64,000 bases of DNA from Deltaproteobacteria bacterium. Lineage in GTDB: Bacteria > JAGRBM01 > JAHCIT01. The stretch is taken from contig JAHCIT010000002.1 of the NCBI GenBank assembly GCA_026129095.1, positions 62,001 through 126,000 on the forward strand. The letters run 5' to 3'. A model generated the notes under the pieces. It was not told the DNA's origin. It searched no databases and saw only the letters and a list, made by a program, of their open reading frames with translations. This document shows, piece by piece, positions 27,650-36,600 of the stretch (positions are counted from its first letter, which is position 1; each line of letters starts with the position of its first letter). The position numbers and the translations under genes are program-made.

Positions 27650-30600
27650 CTACTGGTTGCTTTGCAGCAGTAGGTCGCCCAGCGCCGTGATCATGTCGTT
27701 AAACGCCGGATCCACCGACTTCACACCCAAAGCCCGGGCCGTATAGTGGTCCATAGTCTGGCCGGTGTTGGTCCGGGGGAGCTGGTTGTTGACGATCCGC
27801 GTGTAGTCCTCAAGCGCGATCAGGTCGGCCAGGACGTCAAAGAAGGCCGCATTGATGCCGTTCACGTTTCCGATCGTCACCCCTCCGTCGGCAGCCGTAA
27901 AGCCGATCTGGAGACGGCGGTCGGCAAAGTTGGCATTCGGTACTCCGTTGGCCAGCGGAGTTCCGTTGGCGGCCGTGCAGTTCTGCAACACCGTTCCGTT
28001 CGGAGTGCCCTGCCGGGGCGAGCAGTCGAAGGCGATGTTATCAACCTCGATGTGCGGACAAACGCCCGGACTCGCAATGATACAGGCCGCCACCGCTGCC
28101 TGATCGAAAATCGACATCCAGGGGCCTGCCGCCGATGAGCCAAAGCCGGCCAGCGTCACGCTGGCTCCATCGAGCCGGCCGTTCCGGTTCATGTCATCGG
28201 TGAGCAGCGGGTCGTACCGGTTCTCGTCCTCATCCGGGATCAGATCCTGGATGTCGGCGAACAGGGCGTCAGCCATCAGCACGCCGGCCGAGTATTCGAT
28301 ACCCCGGTAAACCACCGTTGCCGTTCCGGTGGGCGGCTTGTTCTGGATCTCCTTGGTGTACGAATCGCGCACCAGGGCAGCCAGGAACGGCAGCGCACCG
28401 GTGATCTTCGAGTTGTCGCCACCGGCAAACAGTTGCGACAGGCTGGTAAAGGCCGTTGGATCCAGGATCGGCTGGATGGGCCGCTCAACGAGCGGTCCCA
28501 CGTCGCGGAACACCGCGTTCGGGTTGGCCACGTGGTTGGCGCTTCCGATATCGCACTGGGGCAGGGTGCTGGTCCCGCTTCCGCGCTGGAACCCGTTGGT
28601 GACAGCATCGCAATCGGTCGGGTCTTCCACCAGCGTGTTGATGAAGTCGGCCACCACGTCGAGCGCCGACTTGTTGGTATTCAGGGGATCAACCACCCCG
28701 CGCTGTGCGAGGCCTACCTGAACCGACAGGATCTTGTTGATGCTGCGGTCGACAGTGGGGCCAGCGGATGTATCCAGCACGATGTCATAGAGGATGGAGA
28801 GCGCCTTGTTCAGGTGCTTCGGACCTCCTGTGGCGCCGGTCAGCGTGCCAACGAGATCCTCGATCGCCACGAAGCGGCTCCGCTCCATGCGGTTATTGAG
28901 ACTCGAACTGGCCGTCGCACCGAACGGCGGCTGAACACCGGCTGTCGAATCGTAATCGCGGTTCGACTCCCACTGGTCCAGAATGCCGAAAACCGTCTTC
29001 ACGAGGCCCTGTATGGGGCCTTCATAGACGCCGTTGGGCGCCGCACCGAGGTTGGCCAATATGCCGCCCTGTGCGGCAGGGAACGAAGCAGCCGGCCAGT
29101 TACACTCGCCGCACACGCCCTCCTCGCCGCCGTTGACCGACTTGGCGGTCCGGCGGGTAATGCGCGACAGCGCCTTCGCCTCGATCTTGTTGCTGATCAG
29201 CGGGGCGTTGGCGGCTTCCGGATTGGCCCGGACGTCCATGGCGCTCATCGGCACCGCGGTCGTCGCCTCGGAAATGATCTGAAGCCCCGGCACCAGATTG
29301 CTGATGTATTTCTCCTGCAACATCTGCGAAACGCCGCGGAAGAGCACCCCCGGGTCATCGGACCATCCTTGCCTCGCCGCGCTGGCGGTGCCGTTGATGC
29401 CGGAAATGTTGTCCGCGCCGTCCTGGTCGCCCAGTATGGCCAGCAGCCCCTGAACCGCGAGCAACTGGTAGTCCACCGCGTCGTGGATGCCGTTGCCATC
29501 GCAGGTGGTGGCGCTGTTGATACAGTTCGCCCCGGCCGGCTCGGCCCAGCCTGATGCCGCAATGAAGTTCGGGAAGCGGTCCAGCGGATCCTCGCCGCTC
29601 ACGCCCGGAACGGCCACGGCAGCCGCTGTCTGCGAGAACAGGTTCAGCGTCCCGGCGAGCGCGCTACGCGCCGCCGAATCGTTCAGGAGCGCCTGCAGGG
29701 GGCCGGTCTCGCCGGAGGACGGACCCGCCACGCCGAACATGAACGTGGACAGAATCGACGGCTTGGCCAGCAGGGTATCGGGCGTCCCGATCGTATTGAT
29801 CAGGTTGCTCAGACGGCGGCTGAAGGATGACGTGGTCAGGTTCACTTCGTTGCCACCGTCGGCAAGGAAGTTGAGCTGCCGGAGCATCAGGTCCAGCCGC
29901 GAATCCCGGAAGCTGTTGGTCTGGATCGGATCCAGGCCGCCAGAGGACGACAGCCGTACGCCGAAACCGGTACCGCCGAAGGCGACACCTCCGACGCAGC
30001 CGTTGTAGGGCTCGCGCATCTGGCGGATGCGGTAGGAACATTTGCCGCCGCTGGTAAAGCCTGCCGGGTTGCGCTGGTCGCAACCGCCCATGGCAAGCGC
30101 GACCACGTTGCCCAGGTTTCCGGATGTCGTGTTGTTGAACCGTAGATATCCGCCGGTCGTGCTGGGAGTGCCATTGTGATAGGGCGCTGTCCCGGCTGTG
30201 TCACTCGACAGAATCACACCGCACGCTTCGTCATAAGGCGTGAAGGTCTGCACCACGCAGACAAAGCCGTTGACACCGACACCCAGCTGACCGAACCGGC
30301 GGCTCGGCGCGACAATGGTAAAGGTCACGCCAGCGGCTGGAACTGCCGAGAACGGAGGCGTTACCGTCAGCGTCGTCCCGTTATAGGCCGTAACGACCCG
30401 GGAACGGTTGATGAGAGCTCCGGAGGTGATTGTCAGCAGGGAGCCAACGTAGTCGCCCGCGACTCCGCTTAGCCCGCTGCCAGCGAACACGCTTGCCGTT
30501 GGCGCAGGTGCGGCTCCGACAGTACTGTTCACCGCGCTGGCCCAGTTGCCCGCGAATACGCGGAAGTTGTTGGCAACACCGCCGATGCCACCTTCGTTAT

Positions 30601-33600
30601 CTTCGACGAACACACGCAGGTCGTCACCAGCAGTAATGACACCGCGATTCACCGGATAGCTCGCGCTGGTGGCGCCGTTCGGATTGCTGTCCAGAATGCC
30701 GCCAGCGAGACCCGGGCCGCCTGGGGCAGGCCCTTCCTGCGGGCAGAGGCCGGCACCATCGGTACTGGGTGCCGTGCCACCGGCAAGCGTGGGATCGGAA
30801 GGCGTATAGCCGCCAAGGGCCGTGTCCTTGAGGGCGCCCGAGAACGCGTCCAGCATCGTCAGGGTGACGTCCTCGGCCTGGAGCAGCAGCTCGCCGCCAC
30901 GGACATCCTTTTCGCCGGAGGGGATATCCACACCGCAGGCCCGCACCGCACGGAGCAGATCCAGCACCTGCTGGGTCATGCCGGCCGCCGAAATCGCCTG
31001 GATGAGCGGAACGAGGTCGTCCACGATGCCGTCAGGCAGCGGGTCCCCGTCCCCGTCCGGATCGGCCAGCGCCCGGATCAGCGAGGTTGACCGGGTGACA
31101 TCCTCGGGATTCGGGATCTTCAGGGTGCCGGTCACCGGAGCGATACTCTCGGTCATCCGGTCGAACAGCAGCACCACCTGGTTCACAGCCTGGGTCGAAG
31201 TCAGGTTGGCGATGGCCTCGATGAATTCGCGGGTGAGCGACTGCTCGAAGCTCACGATACCGGTCGTGCCGCCACCGATCTGGATCGGCTGGTCCATGAT
31301 GAGCCCAAGGTCGATCATCATCCGCTGGCCGGAGAGCCAGCGCTGGGTGCCCGTCGGGTAGCCGTTGTTCTTCTCGCAGGCCGCGCCAACGCAGTTGGCG
31401 AAGATCGAGGTGAGCTGGTCGCTGTTGTTGAACCCGTAGCGGGTCAGCGTGTTGAGAATCTCCGGCAAAATGTCCAGCGTGCGCTGCGGCACGGCAAGGC
31501 CGTCACCCGCGTTCGCCTTCCGGGTTCCGGACGGGGCAGCGCCCGAGCAGGAACCGGTCGTGATATTGTTGTGGAACGCCCGGTTTCCGGCACGGTAACC
31601 GGCTGTAACGCCGGGAGTCACGTCGTCCCAGCCATTCACGTTGCTGGCGTCACCGCCTGCAATCGAGAACGCATTGGGCGCAACGACGCTGTTCGTTGCC
31701 GCTGTGGAGTTGTCATCGTCGGTATCCGGATCATCCGTAAGCGCGTCCAGGATGATGCGGATATAGGTCCGGTTGTCGGACTTGGGATCGCCTTCAGCCA
31801 CGGTCGCATGGCAATCCGGCAGCGTCCGGTTCCGGTAGTCGTAATCCTTGGGATCCTTGGTCGCCGGCTGCGCGAGCTGCGCGACGATATCCAGCAGGAG
31901 TTCCATGGGCGTGCGGCCCTGGAACCACGCCTCGCGGCAGACGTCGGTATTCACCGACAGGAGCACCGGATCGAAATCCTCGCCGCCAGTGTCCGTGCCG
32001 ATCGGCGTCAGGAGGACGTTCAGCGCGTCCACGGTCACGTCTACCGGCGTCTTTTCGCCGGTATCGAAGGTGCCGTTCAGGTTGCCGTCGATCCGCGACT
32101 TGCTGAACTCCATCAGCACGCGCAGGAGCGGCGGGTTCACCGTGTACGGATTCGGGCTGAGCGTGGTCGTGAAGGGCTGCTCGGAGATGTTCCCGGTGTA
32201 CTGGAAGGCCGTGAAGTCCGAGATGCCGGACCCGGGATCCAGAACCGAGCTGAGGTTCAGCAGCAGGGTCGGGAACCGGGAATCCTGCAGGAGCGTGTCC
32301 AGCGGGGTTTCCAGCTTGTCGATGATCGACTTCTGCTCGTTGGATCCGGGAGGGACAAGCACACCACAGGCCGGGTTTCCGCAGCCGCGCGGATTGTCGT
32401 CCGGGTCGTTCGCAAGCGTATGAATCAGCGACAGCGTCGCCTCGATCGCGTTGTCGGCGGTCGGGTTCGACGGGCTGCCGAAATTGATCGTCACCGGCGT
32501 CCGGTCGTAGGACAGCGCCGCGATGGAGCGGAGCAGAAGGTTCAGCCGCGTGTTCTGGCGGGTGGTCGGCGAGGTCATGCTCACCAGGTTCGGGTTGGTG
32601 AAGCTCGGCTCCTGGAGCAGGTTCTGGAACATGTCCTTGGCGATGAAGCTCTTGGCCTCGATGTTCGTGGCGCCCTTGGGAGGACCGCCCGGATCGCCCG
32701 CATCGTTGTGTTCCTGCAGGAGGAAGTTGACGAGGTTCAGCACCTGCGAGACGAACTCGGTACCGTCATTGGCATCGTTGTTGTCGGCCAGCTCGGCAAA
32801 CAGGTCCAGCGAGCCCTGGATGTTCCGGCCCCGCGTGAAGTTCAGCATCTGGGCGGCCGTCGTGGCGGTTGCGGCGCACGGATCAGCTACGCCGTCGTTG
32901 GCCGGACAGAGCAGCGAAATACGGTCGTAGGTCGTTTCCGCGCCGTTGGAAATGTTCCGCATACCCTCTTCAATAAGGTGCAGGATCCCCTGGATCGCCT
33001 CGCGCTCGCCGCCGCGGCCGTCGGCGTCAAGGTCGGCGAACAGCATGATGTCGGCCAGCTCGATCACGGCGTTGAGCGCCGGACCTGCCGGAGGAGTGAT
33101 CCTGAACTCGCAACCGCCGCCACAGTCGGTCACGCAGTTGGCTGACCAGTTCGTCGTCACCAGCACCGTGTTGCTGGTGATCGACACCACTTCAGCCGTC
33201 GATGTGTTGCAGGAACTTCCCGTCTGCGTGATCGTCACGATGTCGCCGGGCTGCACGTTCACGACCGACGTCGGAACCGCACCGACCGGCTGGAAGCTGC
33301 CGGTCGCGGAGGTCACCGTCGTCGCTGTCAGCACGGCATTGGTGCCGGAAACGCGCGGCCGGGTGGAGGCGTTCTTCATCCGCAGCGAATCGCCGTAGTC
33401 CAGTGTCGCCTTGATGGCGTCAAAGGTTTCCTTGACCGGGCCCGCGTTGGCGAAGCAGGTGTATGCTTCCTGGGCATGGGGACCCACATTGCAGGCGGCA
33501 CCTGTTTCGTTGGGATCCCGGAGCAGTTTCTCCATGAAGTCCGACATCTTGCTGGCATCACCCTGATCCGGTCCGCTCGGGAAGTTGGTCCGGGCCTTGG

Positions 33601-36600
33601 GGTCCAGAATCCGCGTGTCGTCCAGAATCGGGAGGACATCGTCAAATACGCCGTTATCCAGAAGGATGCGGACTACGTTGGCCAGCGTGACGGCCGTGGA
33701 CTGGGCCGAGCCGGAACCGTCCGGATCGGTCAGCACCGTGCCGAGCAGGCTGCCGAACTTGTCGCGGGAATCCAGATAGAAATTCGCGCGCGTGTTCACC
33801 GTCGCACTGATCGGCTGGTTCGGATCACCCAGCAGCGTCGCCATCCGGTAGTTCAGGTTGTAGAGCACACCGGACGTCGAAACCTGGTCCAGCGCCAGGG
33901 TACGCAGGCCGGTTGAGTCACTGAGCGCGCTCACCAGCGCCGGGTTGGTCGACAGCACTCCAAGCGCGCCGCCAAGAAGGGCGCCGGCCGTGGATTCAAC
34001 CAGCGAGAACGAGGCCTGCGCCGTGCTGCTCCGGTTGCCGCGGTCCACGGCGAAGGAGACAATTTCGTAGGTCAGCGGGCTGCCAGGAGTGCACTGGTTG
34101 TTGGGATTCCCGTCCTTGTTGGTGCAGGAGAAGTCGCAGGTCAGCGGCTGGACGCCCAAGGGTGCCGCCCGCGTCGCCGCGGTCGCCTGCCCGAGCGCGT
34201 TGACGCCGCTCAGGGCCGATCCGGCCGTGCAGCTATAGCCCACACCGGCGGTGTTGTCGGCGTTGTCCAGGCTGGAGGCCCGGTTGGCGCCCTCGGCCAC
34301 GCCGCTGCCCGTGTATGCAAAGTGTTCGGTCGCCGGGACGATCACGAACGTATCGCCGACGAGAACGTTCTGCGGATAGGCGGGGTTGACGGTAATCTGG
34401 CCGCCGACGGTCGAGGCCGTGATAGAGCGGGTCACACCCAGGTTCTGGGCGGAACCGCCGCCGGTCGTGAGGAACCGGACTTCACGCCCGACACACTCGT
34501 TGACCGCCCTGCGGCAGGCGTTGGTCGCCGTCGTGCTGGTGAATACCGTCGGACTTGCGCCAGTGGTGACCGAGTAGACAAGACCTTCACCGTTGGAATC
34601 GCTCCGCTTGACACTGATGTAGGACCGCGGGTTCGACACCGACGTACCGAAGAACATGGACGAGTCGGTGATGAAGACGATCGGATTGACCGACTGCATT
34701 TCCACCGGGTCGAGCGACGACGGATCCACGAAGATGCCCTGGATCACGATCGCGGGCGGCTGCGTGTCGCGCAGCACCGGAATGGAGTAGTTCCGCTCAT
34801 TGCCGAGCGCATCGGTGGCCTTGAACGAGAAGGTGTTGACGCCTTCGGCAGGCACAACGAGGTTGTTCGCCATCCAGATCCAGGCGGCCTGATAGAACAT
34901 GCCCGTCGCGCTCTGCGACAGCACCCGGTTCAGTGTCAGGCCGGTGCCCGTGCAGGCTCCGGCGGCATTGGTCGTGCAGCCCTCGATCTGGTACAGGCCC
35001 ACGTTGGAGCTCTGGTTCGGATCGAGGGAGGAAAGCGAGAGGGCATCGCCCGGCCGCAGGTTCAGGTTCGTGACCGCCGTGCCGGTGACGATCTGGTTCG
35101 TGCCGCCGCCGCCCGAAGCCACCGTGCCCAGCACGTCGCTGGAACCGGCCGAATCGCGCGGCATGATGTCGAAGTTCGTGAACACGCCGCCGCTGCCGTT
35201 GACCAGCACCGTGGGCGGCAGGCCCTCCAGCGTCAGGTAACGGCCCGAGAAGGATACCCGGTCGGCCGAGACGATCGTCTGGCTGAGCGGCGGAATGGTC
35301 CCCGTGGGCAGGCCGGAGAAGGTCAGCGCGGAGGTCTGCTCGCTCGGAGCACCGCAGTCGCCGAAGCGTCCGTTGGCGCTCGGATCGTTTTCACACGGAT
35401 CACCCGTGGCACCGCCAATTTCAGGAGCCTGCGTGCGGATCACGATGGGCGAGTTCGTGTTCGGCGTGAAGTCGTCCATTTCGCAGGCGAGGATCTGGGT
35501 GCCTCCAGCGTTGCGCGGGACGTTATCCACGATGCAGTCCAGCGCGAACGCCGGGGGCGTCGTCGTGGCCGCCTCGAAGTGCTGGACCGTGAAGCTGTGG
35601 GTGGCCGAATTGCCCGCCTGGTCCCATCCGGTGACCGTGAAGCTGGTAATACCGCCCGGCCGGAGCGGCACATTGTCGTAGTGATAGTAACCGCGGTCGG
35701 CGGTAGAGGGCGCCGTCACATCCGCGTCGGTCGCCGGGATCGGGCTGCCACGGGCATCGGTACCGCCCGAAATGGCGAAGGAGTCGTAACCCAGGTAGTC
35801 GGACTGCACACGCACGTAGGTGCGCCCCGAATCCCGCGAGGTCGTATCGTCCACGGTGATGGTGCCGGGGACAAAATCCTTCACAAGGCCGCGGATCGCC
35901 ACCGTTGAGGCGAATGTCTGGTAGGCACCCGCACCGGGATTTGTGGCGCCCTGGGCCCATACCTTCTGGCTCTCGAAACCGGTGGCCGCCAGCGTGCCGT
36001 TTCCGTACTGCGACAGAAGCTGCGGCGGAGTACGGTCCACGATGAGGTTGGTCGTCGCCGGGTAGTGGCAAAGATCGGTGGCGCCCGCCGAGGTGCAGGA
36101 GCTTCCGTCGCGGGTGGCGTTGCCAGTAGCGTCGTTCGCCCGGACCTCGAAGACGGTGTTGCCTTCGGTGAGATCCAGCACGGCCGTGTAGCAGATGGCG
36201 GCAAAGGAAGTGCCAATGCTTTCGTGGTTCAGCGTCACGTTGCTCGGGTTACAGTTGCCGCCCCAGTAGGGCGCCACGATGATCTTGGGGTTGCTGGAAA
36301 CGAGCGCGCCGGTCGCCGCCGCGCCGCGCATGACCGCCGCGGCGGGCGTCGCCGCCACGGTGGGGATACCCGCGCCGGTATCGCCACGGGCAGTCATCGC
36401 CTTCAGCCAGCCATTCCAGGCAGTGCCGCCAGCCAGATTGGTCGCCGCAAACGCCGAGACGTTGGAGGCGCCCGTCGTGCCACGGGCAACGCTGGCATAG
36501 ACCCACTGGGAGGCATCGGTGCTGGTATTGATCATGTTCGCCACAGCAGTGGCCGTGGTGCCCGGAATGGGCGTATTCACCGTCACCACGATATTCGGCG

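Noticed and set aside
534-30026. Identical 25-29 bp stretches shared by A and C (e.g. ~534-558 vs ~28246-28270; ~2627-2655 vs ~29997-30025) as DGR template/variable repeats or CRISPR repeats
   Set aside because: They fall in conserved coding motifs under strong codon bias. No reverse transcriptase, adenine-specific variation or regular spacing is seen.
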